NCBI GenBank assembly: GCA_963816185.1
Contig: CAWFJJ010000007.1
Coordinates: 1 to 64,000, forward strand
DNA: 64,000 bases
Origin: Thermoanaerobaculia bacterium
Lineage (GTDB): Bacteria > Acidobacteriota > Thermoanaerobaculia > UBA5066
Direction of reading: 5' to 3'
Shown: positions 29,100 through 39,074 of the stretch, one piece after another
Layout: each line of letters begins with the position of its first letter
Numbering within the stretch: the stretch's first letter is position 1
Program-made: the position numbers and the translations under genes
The notes under the pieces: model-generated
Databases searched by the model: none
Told to the model about the DNA's origin: nothing
What the model saw: only the letters and a program-made list of their open reading frames with translations

Positions 29100-30944
29100 A
29101 TGTGCGGCATCGTCGGGTACGTCGGGAGCCGCGAGGCGACGCCGGTTCTCCTCGACGGCCTGAAGCGCCTCGAGTACCGGGGCTACGACTCGGCGGGCAT
29201 CGCGGTCGTCGGGAGCGACGGCGTCGTGCGCGTGGCGCGCAGCGAGGGCAAGCTCGGCAACCTCACCGAGAAGATCGCCCGCGACCCGCCTCCGGGCCGA
29301 TTCGGCGTCGGCCACACGCGCTGGGCGACGCACGGCCGCCCCTCGGAGGAGAACGCGCACCCGCATCGCGACGCCTCCGGCCGCGTCGTCGTCATACACA
29401 ACGGCATCATCGAGAACTTCCTGCCGATGAAGCAGCGGCTCCAGAAGGAAGGCGTCCGCTTCCTCTCGGAGACCGACACCGAAGTCGTCGCCCAGGCCCT
29501 CGGCGCGGCCCGGAAGGCCGAGCCGAAGACTCCCTTTGCCGAGATCGTCCGGAAGACCGCGGCCTCCTTCGAGGGGATGTTCGCGCTCGTCCTCTTCTCG
29601 GCGGACGAGCCGGGCGTCCTCTATGCGCTCAAGTGGGGGCCGCCCATCGTCCTCGGGCTCGGAACGGGCGAGAATTTCGTCGCGTCGGACGCGACCGCGC
29701 TGCTCCCGCACACGCGCGACCTGATCTTCCTGGAGGACGGGGACCTCGCTCGCGTGACGGCGACCGGTGTCACGGTGACCGGGTTCGACGGGACGCCCCG
29801 CGAGCGGCCCTCCCACCGCGTTCCGTGGGACGCCGTCTCGGCCGAGAAGGGCGGCTATCCGCACTACATGGCGAAAGAGATCGCCGAGCAGCCAACGGTC
29901 GTCATCGAGACGATCGGCAACAAGCTCTCCCTCGAGACGGGCCTCTTCAACGAGGAGGAGATGGGCGTTCCGCGCGCGCTCCTCAGAGGGATCGACCGCG
30001 TGCAGATCGTGGCCTGCGGGACGAGCTGGCACGCCGGCCTCGTCGGGAAGTTCCTCCTGGAGGAGATCGCCCGGATTTCCGCCGACGTGGACTACGCCTC
30101 CGAGTTCCGCTACCGGTCGCCGCTCGTGGACGCGAAGACTCTCGTGCTCGGCATCTCGCAGTCCGGCGAGACCGCAGACACGGTGGCAGCCCTGAAGGAG
30201 GCCCGGCGCCTCGGGGCGCGCACGACCGGCCTCGTGAACGTTCCGGGCTCGGCGATCGCGCGGATGGTGGACGGAGTGATCGCGACGCACGCGGGCCCGG
30301 AGATCGGCGTCGCGTCCACGAAGGCGTTCACGACGCAGCTCGTCGCGCTCGCGCTCTTCTCGCACTACGTGAAGGGCGCGCGCGCGTCCGAGGAAGTCCC
30401 GGTCGCCCCGGCGTTTCTCGCGGGCCTGGCCCGTCTCCCCTCCGCGCTCCACGAGGCGCTCGCCCTGGAGCCCGAGATCGAGAAGGTCGCCCGCCGCCTC
30501 GAAAAGGCCCGGGACGTCCTCTTCCTCGGGCGCGGGGCGCATTACCCGATCGCCCTCGAAGGAGCGCTCAAGCTCAAGGAGATCTCGTACCTCCACGCCG
30601 AGGGCTATCCAGGGGGCGAGATGAAGCACGGACCGATCGCCCTGATCGACGACGCACTCCCCGTGATCGGCCTCGCGCCCGCCGACGCACTCTACGAGAA
30701 GATCGCGTCGAACCTTCGGGAAGCGAAGGCACGAGACGGCGTCGTCATCGCGCTCACCAACCCTGGAGACGCGGACGTCTCCACGTTCGCCGACGCCGTG
30801 CTGACGATGCCGAAGATCCATCCGGCGCTCCAGCCGATCGTGTCCGTCGTGCCCCTCCAGCTCCTCGCGTACCACGTCGCCCGCCGCCGCGGCTGCGACG
30901 TGGACCAGCCGCGCAACCTCGCGAAATCGGTCACGGTGGAGTGA
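29100..30944 (+). CDS. glmS: Glutamine-fructose-6-phosphate aminotransferase
   Basis: MCGIVG, HTRWATHG, SQSGETADT, PRNLAKSVTVE. Confidence 0.98.
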   Translation: MCGIVGYVGSREATPVLLDGLKRLEYRGYDSAGIAVVGSDGVVRVARSEGKLGNLTEKIARDPPPGRFGVGHTRWATHGRPSEENAHPHRDASGRVVVIHNGIIENFLPMKQRLQKEGVRFLSETDTEVVAQALGAARKAEPKTPFAEIVRKTAASFEGMFALVLFSADEPGVLYALKWGPPIVLGLGTGENFVASDATALLPHTRDLIFLEDGDLARVTATGVTVTGFDGTPRERPSHRVPWDAVSAEKGGYPHYMAKEIAEQPTVVIETIGNKLSLETGLFNEEEMGVPRALLRGIDRVQIVACGTSWHAGLVGKFLLEEIARISADVDYASEFRYRSPLVDAKTLVLGISQSGETADTVAALKEARRLGARTTGLVNVPGSAIARMVDGVIATHAGPEIGVASTKAFTTQLVALALFSHYVKGARASEEVPVAPAFLAGLARLPSALHEALALEPEIEKVARRLEKARDVLFLGRGAHYPIALEGALKLKEISYLHAEGYPGGEMKHGPIALIDDALPVIGLAPADALYEKIASNLREAKARDGVVIALTNPGDADVSTFADAVLTMPKIHPALQPIVSVVPLQLLAYHVARRRGCDVDQPRNLAKSVTVE

Positions 30945-30947
30945 CGC

Positions 30948-32426
30948 TCAGGCCCAGCCCTTCGCGCGGCTGACGGCCTTCTCCCAGCCGACGCGGAGGT
31001 GGGCTGCGCGGTCACGCGAGATCACGGGCTCGAAGCAGCGGGCCACTTTCCAGTTCGCCCGGATCTCTTCGGCGTCCTTCCATGTGCCGACGGCGAGGCC
31101 TGCGAGGTACGCGGCTCCGAACGCGGTCGTCTCGAGGACCTCGGGTCTCACGACGGGCACGCCGAGGAGATCGGCCTGGAACTGCATCAGAAGCTCGTTT
31201 TGGGTCGCGCCACCGTCGACGCGGAGCTCGGTCAATCTGACGCCGGCATCCCTCTCCATGGCGAGGAGGACGTCCGCGCTCTGGAATGCGATCGACTCCA
31301 GGACCGCGCGGGCGAGATGACCGCCGGTCGAGCCGCGGGTGAGCCCGAAGACGGCGCCCCGAGCGTAGGGGTCCCAATGCGGCGCCCCGAGCCCCGTGAA
31401 TGCCGGCACGAAGTAGACGCCCCCGTTATCGTTCTCGCTCGCGGCGAGCGACTCGACGTCGGCGGCTTTCCGGATGAGCTTCAGCCCGTCCCTCAGCCAC
31501 TGCACGGCGGCGCCTCCGATGAAAACGCTGCCCTCGAGGGCGTACGTGCGTCCGTTCCCGAGGTCCCAGGCGACGGTCGTGAGCAGCCGGTTCTTCGAGG
31601 CGACGGCGCGCGCCCCCGTGTTGAGGAGAAGAAAGCAGCCGGTGCCGTACGTGTTCTTCGCGAGGCCGGGCCGGTTGCAGCCCTGCCCGAAAAGGGCCGC
31701 CTGCTGATCGCCGACGATACCCGCGATCGGGACCGTCACGCCGCCGAGGGATGTCGTCGCGACGACGCCCGACGACGGCACGACACGGGGCAAGACCTCT
31801 CGCGGGATCTCGAGGAGTTGGAGAAGCTCGTCGTCCCACATCCCGGTGCGGATGTCGTAGAGGAGCGTCCGGCTCGCGTTGGAGGGGTCCGTCACGTGGA
31901 TGGCCCCGTTCGTGAGCTTCCAGACGAGCCACGTGTCGACGGTCCCGAACGCGAGCTCGCCACGCGCGGCTCTTTCGCGCGCGCCCGGCACGTGGTCGAG
32001 GAGCCACTTCAGCTTCGTTCCGGAAAAATAAGGGTCCAGGACGAGGCCCGTCTTCGCGGTGAACGTCGCCTCGCGGCCGGCCACGCGCAGCGCGTCGCAG
32101 TCGGGTGCGGTCCTTCGGTCCTGCCAGACGATCGCGTTCGCGAGTGGACGCCCCGTCGCCCGCTCCCAGAGGAGCGTCGTCTCGCGCTGGTTCGTGATGC
32201 CGATGGCGTCGACGTCGCCGGCGCCGAGGCCCGCCTTCGCGAGCGCCTCGTGCATCACGCCCGACTGCGTCGCCCAGATCTCCGTGGGATCGTGCTCGAC
32301 CCATCCGGGCTCGGGGTAGATCGGCCTGACCTCCTGCTGGGCCATGCCGCGCACGCGCCCGCGCTCGTCGAAGACGACCGCGCGCGAGCTGGTCGTACCC
32401 TGGTCGAGGGCGAGGACGAACGGCAT
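30948..32426 (-). CDS. glpK: Glycerol kinase
   Basis: [39 protein letters not shown]. Confidence 0.97.
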   Translation of the reverse strand: MPFVLALDQGTTSSRAVVFDERGRVRGMAQQEVRPIYPEPGWVEHDPTEIWATQSGVMHEALAKAGLGAGDVDAIGITNQRETTLLWERATGRPLANAIVWQDRRTAPDCDALRVAGREATFTAKTGLVLDPYFSGTKLKWLLDHVPGARERAARGELAFGTVDTWLVWKLTNGAIHVTDPSNASRTLLYDIRTGMWDDELLQLLEIPREVLPRVVPSSGVVATTSLGGVTVPIAGIVGDQQAALFGQGCNRPGLAKNTYGTGCFLLLNTGARAVASKNRLLTTVAWDLGNGRTYALEGSVFIGGAAVQWLRDGLKLIRKAADVESLAASENDNGGVYFVPAFTGLGAPHWDPYARGAVFGLTRGSTGGHLARAVLESIAFQSADVLLAMERDAGVRLTELRVDGGATQNELLMQFQADLLGVPVVRPEVLETTAFGAAYLAGLAVGTWKDAEEIRANWKVARCFEPVISRDRAAHLRVGWEKAVSRAKGWA

Positions 32427-32469
32427 GGGCGCAACATCATGCCGCACCGCGCTGGAGGCGGCCGGCGCG

Positions 32470-33792
32470 TCAACGCGGGAGCAGCGTCCTCGGGTCGTTC
32501 GTCGTGTTGTCGATGACGGAGGCGTAGGCGGCGACGAGGCCGCCGGCGGTGGCGGTGGAGACGGCGATGCGGCCGGCGTCGAGAGTCGAGGCTCCGAGAG
32601 CGGCCGCGACGCGATTGAGCTGCGTCATCCCGAGCGGCGGGAGGTCGACGTCGCGCGAGCCGAGGCTCGTCCCATCCGCCGCAAAGAGCTCGACGTGGGC
32701 GGTGACCGGGGCTTCGGTGGCGTTCGCGAGGACGAGGTTCGTGCGGAAGGCGACGTTCTCGCGGATGGGCGCGATCGTCTTCGGAGATGCTCCTGCGAAG
32801 TCGGCGGGACCGAACGCGGGCAGGGCCTGGCCGACTGTGCCGCCGAAAGCGAACGTCGACGTCTCGCTCTGGAGGAAGGCCGACGGCGACGACGACGTCA
32901 CGAGGATGGCGCCATAGTCCTGCGGGTGGTTGAGCTCCCACTCCTCCTCGTTCAGGGCCAGGGTCTGTTTGGCGGGTACGAGGTACGCGCGCTCGGACCC
33001 TCCTCGCCCGTCCATGTCGTGGCCGAGCCACTTCAGGGTGACGGCGGCATCCGTCGCCCCCGGGTTCACGAGCGTCATTTGCGTTGACCAGTACGCGCCG
33101 CCCGCCCCGTAGACCCATGCCGCCGACGGCAAGAGCGCCGTGGTCAACGGGGTGGCGGCGGTTGTCAGGACGGCGTCGTCAGCGACGGCGTCGACGTAGG
33201 AGAGCCCATAGAACGAGGTGCCGGTCGCGCTCACGCCGGCCGCGAAAAGGACTGAGAGGGCGCCCGGCGAGATGACGGCTTGCGACGCCACGGGCACCCA
33301 GAGGCCGCCCGAGTTCGTCTCCACGGGCCCGTCGTACGGGATCACAATGGGCAACGCAGCGCTCGCGGAGCCCGAGGGGGTGCCGGAGCAGTCAGCCGAG
33401 GAAAAAAACGACACCGTGACCGCGGGCTGAGCGGTCGCGTACTGCCGCACCGTCAGGAACTTCGCTCCGAAGGAGACCAGCATCCCTCCCGAGGCGGGCG
33501 CGCACTGCGCCAAGGCAGCCTTCGCGCCGCTGAATGTGTTCGCTTTCGCGTGCAGGGCCGCGCCGCCTGAGAGGGCGTCCGCGCTCGCGTCGCTCGCGGT
33601 CCAGACGGCCGAGGCCTCGACGTAGCCCGGCGGCGCGGAGTCCGGCGACGTGGTTGTCGCTGGAGTCCAGCCGGAGAAGTCTCGCTCGAACCCCGGGTTC
33701 ACGAGAAGATTCTGCGAAAGAGCGGGAACGGCGGAAGATGCGAGGACGAGAAGGAAGTAGAGCCTTGGAAAGGCTCGGGGACGGATACGCAT
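32470..33792 (-). CDS. Secreted hypothetical protein (Thermoanaerobaculia-type C-terminal domain, CBM-like N-terminus)
   Basis: [18 protein letters not shown]...[25 protein letters not shown]. Confidence 0.75.
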   Translation of the reverse strand: MRIRPRAFPRLYFLLVLASSAVPALSQNLLVNPGFERDFSGWTPATTTSPDSAPPGYVEASAVWTASDASADALSGGAALHAKANTFSGAKAALAQCAPASGGMLVSFGAKFLTVRQYATAQPAVTVSFFSSADCSGTPSGSASAALPIVIPYDGPVETNSGGLWVPVASQAVISPGALSVLFAAGVSATGTSFYGLSYVDAVADDAVLTTAATPLTTALLPSAAWVYGAGGAYWSTQMTLVNPGATDAAVTLKWLGHDMDGRGGSERAYLVPAKQTLALNEEEWELNHPQDYGAILVTSSSPSAFLQSETSTFAFGGTVGQALPAFGPADFAGASPKTIAPIRENVAFRTNLVLANATEAPVTAHVELFAADGTSLGSRDVDLPPLGMTQLNRVAAALGASTLDAGRIAVSTATAGGLVAAYASVIDNTTNDPRTLLPR

Positions 33793-33925
33793 GTGCTGCC
33801 TCGGTCCTCTGGAAGTGGCCGCCGTCTCTCTCACCTTTCAAAGAATCGCTTCTCCTTCCTCTTCTCGCCATGAGCAACCTGCACGGCGGCGCGCGCCGCG
33901 GCCCGCTGCGCTACCATCGCTCCCC

Positions 33926-36313
33926 TTGGTCGCCCGCCCGGAAGATCTTCTCGAAGGCCTCAACCCCGAACAGGCCGCGGCCGTGTCGCACGGCGAGGGG
34001 CCGCTCCTCGTCCTCGCGGGCGCCGGGTCGGGAAAGACGCGCGTCCTGACGCGCCGGCTCGCCTGGCTCGTGGCGCACGGCGTGCCGCAGGAAGCCGTCG
34101 TCGCCGTCACGTTCACGAACAAGGCCGCGGGCGAGATGAAGGACCGCGTCGCCGCGCTCCTCGGCACGGAGCGGCCGCGCTCGTACGTCGGGACGTTTCA
34201 CGCGTGGGGCGTGCGGCTCCTCCGGCGCTTTCCGGACGAGGCGGGCGTTCCGAAAGGCTTCGTGGTCTTCGACTCGGACGACCAGCTCGCCGTCCTGAAG
34301 CGCGCGATGAAGGAAGTCGCCCTGCCCGAGAAGTCGGCCACGCCCCGGCAGATCCAGTCGCGCATCTCGCAGGCCAAGAACGAGGCCATCCAGCCGGAGG
34401 ACTTCCCGCGCCGCTTCGGCGACTTCCTGGGCTCCCGTCTCGCGGACATCGCGCGTGCCTACGAGAAATCGTTGCGGGCGGCGAGAGCGCTCGACTTCGA
34501 CGACCTCCTCGTCCTCTCGACGCGCCTCGTCGCGACGCGCGGCGACGTGCGCGACCTCCTCCGTCGGAGCATCCGGCACCTCCTCGTGGACGAATACCAG
34601 GACACGAACCGCGTCCAGGCGAAGCTCGTGCGCCTCATTGCGGGCGAGGCCGGGAACCTCTTCGTCGTGGGCGACGAGGACCAGTCGATCTACCGGTGGC
34701 GCGGCGCCGACGTGTCGAACATCCTGGAGTTCGCGCGCGAGTTCCCGACGGCGAGGACGATCCGCCTCGAGCGCAACTACCGCTCGACGGCTCCGATCCT
34801 GAAGGCCGCGGGAGCCGTCGTCGCGGAGAACCGCCGCCGGCTCGGCAAGACGCTGAAGGCCACGAAGACGGGCGGCGAGAGCGTGCGCCTGGCCGTCTTC
34901 GACGAAGAGCGCGACGAGGCACGCGAGGTCGTTTCGCGGATCGCGGCCGCGCGCCGCGCACGGCCGGGGGCCGAAGTGGCAGTCCTCTTTCGCACGAACG
35001 CGCAGTCCCGGCCGTTCGAGGACGAGCTCCTGCGCTCGAATATGCCCTACATCCTCGTCGGCGGGACGAAGTTCTACGAAAGGGCCGAGATCAAGGACGC
35101 GCTCGCGTACCTCCGCCTCGCGAACAATCCGTCCGACGACGTCTCTTTCCGGAGGGTCGTCAACGTGCCGGCGCGCGGCGTGGGCGCCGCCACGCTGGAG
35201 GCCGTCGAGGCCGCGGCCTCCGAGCGGGGCGTCCCGCTTCTCGCGGTCCTCGAGCACGCTGCCCGAAGGCTCTCACGGAGCGCGCGAAGAAAGGCGCTCG
35301 CCGAGTTCCGGGACCTCGTCGCGAAGCTGCGCGATTTCGGGGCGGCCGAAGGAAACGGCGCGGGCGCCGCGGTGGCGTTCGCGCTCGAGGAGACGGGCCT
35401 CTTGAAGCTCTACGAAGGCTCCCTCGATCCGCAGGACGAGGCGCGCCGCGAGAACCTGGACGAGCTCCTCGCCGCCGCCCGCGAGCACGAGCGCGCGACC
35501 TCGTTCGGTGGGGAGGGCGACGATCCGTCGGTCGGGGGATTCCTCGACGCGGTGACGCTGCGCGCCGACGCCGACGAGGCGGACGAGAAGAAGGGGATCC
35601 TCCTCATCACGCTCCACGCGGCCAAGGGCCTCGAGTTCGACGAGGTGTTCCTCGCGGGATTCGAGGACGGCTCGCTGCCTCACGCCTCCTCGCGGGACGA
35701 CGACGACCAGTTCGAGGAAGAGCGCCGCCTCGCGTACGTCGGCATGACGCGCGCGAAGGACCGGCTCACGCTCTCGTACGTCCTCAGGCGGATGGTGCGG
35801 GGCGAGTGGATGAGCCGCGAGCCGTCGCCGTTTCTTTCCGCGATCCCGGAATCGGTGCTCGAGCGGGAGGATCTGACTTCTGGTTTCGGAAGAGGAAGAC
35901 CGGGGGATTTCTTAGAAGGTGGAGAGAGAGGCGGCGCGCGCGAGCGGGGCTTCGGCCCGGGACGCGGTTTTGGCGGCGGGCGCGGCGGATCCCTATTTCC
36001 CGACTACGAAAACGAATCCCAAGAGCCCGCTGCGGGGGGCGCGCGATCCCCCTCTTACCCTTCTAAGAAATCTCTCTTCGGACGCTCCCCGATACGCAGC
36101 GTCACCCCCATCAGGCCCGTCATGCGGCGCACGCCGCCGCCGCCAACGGCGTCCGGGTTCCGGCGCGGCTCGAAGGTGCGGCATCCGGAATACGGCCCGG
36201 GCGTCGTCCTGACGATCGAGGGCTCCGGCGACGCCGAGAAGCTGACCGTCTACTTCGACCGCGCGGGCCGCAAGAAGTTCGTCGCCCGCTACGCGAACCT
36301 CTCGCCGGGCTAG
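33926..36313 (+). CDS. pcrA: UvrD/PcrA DNA helicase with C-terminal Tudor-like domain
   Basis: LNPEQ, AGAGSGKT, DEYQD, GDEDQSIY, LERNYRS, TLHAAKGLEF, EERRLAYVGMTRA, VRHPEYG.G. Confidence 0.93.
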   Translation: MVARPEDLLEGLNPEQAAAVSHGEGPLLVLAGAGSGKTRVLTRRLAWLVAHGVPQEAVVAVTFTNKAAGEMKDRVAALLGTERPRSYVGTFHAWGVRLLRRFPDEAGVPKGFVVFDSDDQLAVLKRAMKEVALPEKSATPRQIQSRISQAKNEAIQPEDFPRRFGDFLGSRLADIARAYEKSLRAARALDFDDLLVLSTRLVATRGDVRDLLRRSIRHLLVDEYQDTNRVQAKLVRLIAGEAGNLFVVGDEDQSIYRWRGADVSNILEFAREFPTARTIRLERNYRSTAPILKAAGAVVAENRRRLGKTLKATKTGGESVRLAVFDEERDEAREVVSRIAAARRARPGAEVAVLFRTNAQSRPFEDELLRSNMPYILVGGTKFYERAEIKDALAYLRLANNPSDDVSFRRVVNVPARGVGAATLEAVEAAASERGVPLLAVLEHAARRLSRSARRKALAEFRDLVAKLRDFGAAEGNGAGAAVAFALEETGLLKLYEGSLDPQDEARRENLDELLAAAREHERATSFGGEGDDPSVGGFLDAVTLRADADEADEKKGILLITLHAAKGLEFDEVFLAGFEDGSLPHASSRDDDDQFEEERRLAYVGMTRAKDRLTLSYVLRRMVRGEWMSREPSPFLSAIPESVLEREDLTSGFGRGRPGDFLEGGERGGARERGFGPGRGFGGGRGGSLFPDYENESQEPAAGGARSPSYPSKKSLFGRSPIRSVTPIRPVMRRTPPPPTASGFRRGSKVRHPEYGPGVVLTIEGSGDAEKLTVYFDRAGRKKFVARYANLSPG

Positions 36314-36321
36314 GGGGATTC

Positions 36322-36350
36322 AAAGGGGGGAGTCTGGGACTCCCCCCTTT
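36322..36350. terminator. Bidirectional intrinsic terminator
   Basis: Perfect 13-bp stem AAAGGGGGGAGTC-tgg-GACTCCCCCCTTT between convergent genes. Confidence 0.8.
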
Positions 36351-36386
36351 GCTGAGAACGAGTTCTTCGCGAGCGAAGCGATCGCC

Positions 36387-38036
36387 TTACCGCAGCTTGC
36401 GGTGCCGGTCGAAGAGGCGGACGAAGTCCGACTCGCGGCGGCCGCCCTTGGCACGGACGACGGCGGCGAGGGCGCGCTTCTCGGCGGCGGACCAGCGCGC
36501 GACCCCCGGCAGGATCGTGACGAGCGGCGCCCAGCGCCGGAACGCGAGGCGCTCGCCGTCGCTCCAGCCGGTGAGAGTTCGCAGGCCGAGGAGATCGCGC
36601 GCCTCCAGGACCAGCACCGCCTCGGCCCGCTCGCGGTTCGAGCCGAAGCGCCGGGCCAGCATGTCCGTCACCTGAAGGCCCACGTTCGGAAGCTCGAGGA
36701 GGCCGATCGCGTCGTCGCGCTCTTTCCCGAGGTGGAAGTAGAGGTTCTCCGAGGCGAGGACCTTCAGGGTCGCGAGGGAGGACCGGTGCTTCGGATCCGC
36801 CTTCATCCGCGCCAGCTCCTCGTCCATGAGAGCCACGACGCGCGGCGCCCGCGGGCGGAAGCCGAGCTTCTGGTAGAACCACCACGCGCCGGAGGCGAGC
36901 GCCTCCGCGTTGCCGTAGCCGCCGAGCTGGTACGGGAAGATCGTGAACACGTCCGGCCCGAAGAGCAGCCGGGTCGTCGCCAGGACCTTTCCGTAAATGC
37001 GGCCCGACTCGCCGCCGCGGAACGTCTCGAAGACGTTGTAGGCGATCTCCGAAGATCCGAAGAGGGCGCTCACGAGGACGTAGCCGACCGGGACGCCGTT
37101 CTTCAGCGTCAGAAAGCCGTAAACCGACTCGAGGAGGAGGCGCCGCTCGGGCACCGCGCCGATCACGACGAACGTGAGGTTGTCCGGGAAGTGCGTGAGG
37201 CGGACGTCGCGAGGATCGCCCCACTGGAAGACGTCGAGATCCCGCTCCCGCGTGACCATGGCCTCCCGCGCGAGGTCGAGGAGACGCCGCCCCTCGGCTT
37301 CGGTCGCGGGCACGATGCGAAGGGGAGGGCGGGCCGCTTCGCGCCGCACGTCCGGCCGACCGCTGTCGAGCGGTGCGGTCTGGAAGGTCACGGAAGGGAC
37401 GGAGATGGCCGCATCCGTGCGCGAGGGCCCGCCTTCTCCGGGCGCGAGGACGAGCGGAAGCTCGAGCCCCTCGTAGGCCCATTCGTTCTCGAAGGCGCTG
37501 CGCCCGAGCGTCGCGAGGCGGCGGATGAGGAAGGCCGCGTCGGTCTCGCGAGGTCCCTTCAGGCGCCTCACCCAGCCGCGTACCCCGAGGTCCAGCTCGT
37601 CGAGGCCCGGCGTCTCGGAGAAAAGGGAGATGAGCGGAAACACGCGCTCGAGCGCCTCGCGGTTCGCGAAGGCTTTCCAGTCGACCGCCAATCGCTCTCC
37701 CCACCGCACCGCGAGCCAGCGCGCGGTCCCGGCGTAGAAGGGGAAGCGGATGGCCGTGCCCGCGATCCCGGTGTTTTCGAGCGCGCGGCGGTTTCGGCGG
37801 AGATCGGCACGCCGCCCAAAGCGCGCGAGCATCGCGGTGACGTCCGCGAGCACCTCGGCGTCATCGGGATACGCGCGCAGGAAGCAGAGCGCCTCGTGGA
37901 GACGCTCCACGGCGCGCGCGCCGCGCAGGGAACGCCGCGCGAGGACTGCGAGGCAGGCCCTCTTCTGGGCGGCGGCGGCTTCGCCGGTGGCGCTCCGCAG
38001 GCGCTCGAGCGTGAGCAGGGCATCGCGTCCGGTCAT
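36387..38036 (-). CDS. Uncharacterised 549-aa protein with a GNAT-like C-terminal region
   Basis: KNGVPVGY, NVFETFRGG, AWWFYQKLGFRP; ATGA overlap with padR. Confidence 0.7.
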   Translation of the reverse strand: MTGRDALLTLERLRSATGEAAAAQKRACLAVLARRSLRGARAVERLHEALCFLRAYPDDAEVLADVTAMLARFGRRADLRRNRRALENTGIAGTAIRFPFYAGTARWLAVRWGERLAVDWKAFANREALERVFPLISLFSETPGLDELDLGVRGWVRRLKGPRETDAAFLIRRLATLGRSAFENEWAYEGLELPLVLAPGEGGPSRTDAAISVPSVTFQTAPLDSGRPDVRREAARPPLRIVPATEAEGRRLLDLAREAMVTRERDLDVFQWGDPRDVRLTHFPDNLTFVVIGAVPERRLLLESVYGFLTLKNGVPVGYVLVSALFGSSEIAYNVFETFRGGESGRIYGKVLATTRLLFGPDVFTIFPYQLGGYGNAEALASGAWWFYQKLGFRPRAPRVVALMDEELARMKADPKHRSSLATLKVLASENLYFHLGKERDDAIGLLELPNVGLQVTDMLARRFGSNRERAEAVLVLEARDLLGLRTLTGWSDGERLAFRRWAPLVTILPGVARWSAAEKRALAAVVRAKGGRRESDFVRLFDRHRKLR

Positions 38037-38542
38037 CGGGCCTCTTTCGGGAGCGTACGCCCGGCGAGGATCGCGGCGGCCTCGGCATCCGCCCAGGCGA
38101 GCTCCGCCTCGAGCAGGAGCAGCCTCCTCCTCCGCGCGCCGGTCGTGCCGGAGGGGGCGCGCTCGAGCTCGTCGGCGAGGAGACCTCGATAGAGCTGCAG
38201 CGAGGCGAGGCGCGCCTCGGGCGGGCGCTTTTCGAGGAACGCGAGCCTCACGAGCGACGCGGCATGGGGCTTCGGAAGGGCGAGTGGCTCGGCGAGCCAT
38301 TCGCGGAACTCGCGCCGACCGGCCGCGGTGAGGCGGTACTCGCGCCGAGGCGGGCCTTTAGAGGAGCGCCGCCTCCGGAGCGCGACGAACCCGCCGCGGA
38401 GAAGGAGGCGGAGCGCGGGGTAGACCTGAGCGAGGTCCGCGCTCCAACCGAGAGCGGGATCTCTATCGAGGCGCGTCCCGAGGTCCCATCCGCTCGCCGG
38501 ACCGCGCCCGAGAAGGCCGAGGAGGACGTGCGGAAGAGACAT
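38033..38542 (-). CDS. PadR-family regulator (AphA-like)
   Basis: MSL.HVLLGLL..GP.SG.DL, QVYPAL..L, R.Y.LT..GR..F.EWL. Confidence 0.92.
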   Translation of the reverse strand: MSLPHVLLGLLGRGPASGWDLGTRLDRDPALGWSADLAQVYPALRLLLRGGFVALRRRRSSKGPPRREYRLTAAGRREFREWLAEPLALPKPHAASLVRLAFLEKRPPEARLASLQLYRGLLADELERAPSGTTGARRRRLLLLEAELAWADAEAAAILAGRTLPKEAR

Positions 38543-38549
38543 GGAACTA

Positions 38550-38569
38550 GTATATAATAACTTATATAC
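38550..38569. promoter_or_regulatory. Palindromic operator overlapping the padR -10 box
   Basis: GTATATAA-taac-TTATATAC, a perfect 8-bp IR. Minus-strand TATACT lies 6 nt before the ATG. Confidence 0.75.
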
Positions 38570-38640
38570 CGAGGTGCATAAGCGGTGCTTTGGCCTGTGG
38601 AAATCGCGTCCTGGGAGGGCCGATCGAGACGAGCGCGAAC

Positions 38641-38668
38641 AAAAAATAAGGGGGCTGGTCCAGCCCCC
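38641..38668 (-). terminator. Intrinsic terminator after the Lys-rich micro-ORF
   Basis: GGGGGCTG/CAGCCCCC stem followed by TTATTTTTT on the minus strand. Confidence 0.85.
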
Positions 38669-38712
38669 GAATCCCGGAAATATCTTGGATGGAACAGTTT
38701 GAAGGGGGGCAG

Positions 38713-38775
38713 TTACTTCTTACCCTTTTTCCCCTTCTTGGTGCTCTTCTTGGCAGCCTTCTTCTTAGCCGGCAT
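38713..38775 (-). CDS. 20-aa Lys-rich micro-protein MPAKKKAAKKSTKKGKKGKK
   Basis: SD GGAGGAGGTGA 8 nt upstream, TAA stop, own terminator. Confidence 0.75.
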   Translation of the reverse strand: MPAKKKAAKKSTKKGKKGKK

Positions 38776-38998
38776 GTGGTCTGTCACCTCCTCCTGGCAG
38801 ATTTGATTGACAGTCCAGAAAGCCGCGTGCTAGGTTGGCCGCCCCTCGAAGGACGGGACCTCGCGTTTTCCAAATCTGTCGACTGCCGAAAAAACCAGAA
38901 ACTTTTCGTCGCCGATCGATTTCAAAAGAGCTCGGGGTTTCCGTAAGGACGGTGAAGCGACTCGTGATCGCTCGCCGTCCTTTTTTCTTCTTGTATGA

Positions 38999-39026
38999 AT
39001 TGTAGAGAGTTTCGAGCACGAATCAA
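38999..39026 (-). promoter_or_regulatory. Sigma70-like promoter for the micro-ORF transcript
   Basis: TTGATT-16nt-TACAAT in an AT-rich patch, overlapped by IR TCAAGAA-N5-TTCTTGA (39023-39041). Confidence 0.5.
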
Positions 39027-39074
39027 GAATTTTTTTCTTGACGTACGAAGTTTCTTTACCCTCGGAGACATCGC

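Noticed and set aside
29090-29100. glmS ribozyme
   Set aside because: glmU ends 1 nt before the glmS ATG, leaving no leader.
36368-36386. GCGAGCGAAGCGA, similar to the attC central loop
   Set aside because: No L or R boxes around it; probably a generic GNA-capped mini-hairpin next to a terminator.
38713-38775. Lys-rich ORF as a lysine attenuator leader
   Set aside because: The downstream gene is padR with its own promoter, not a lysine gene, and no antiterminator was seen.
38817-38832. Sigma54-like promoter (TAGCACG-N4-TTTC, minus strand)
   Set aside because: It lacks the invariant GG and GC dinucleotides.
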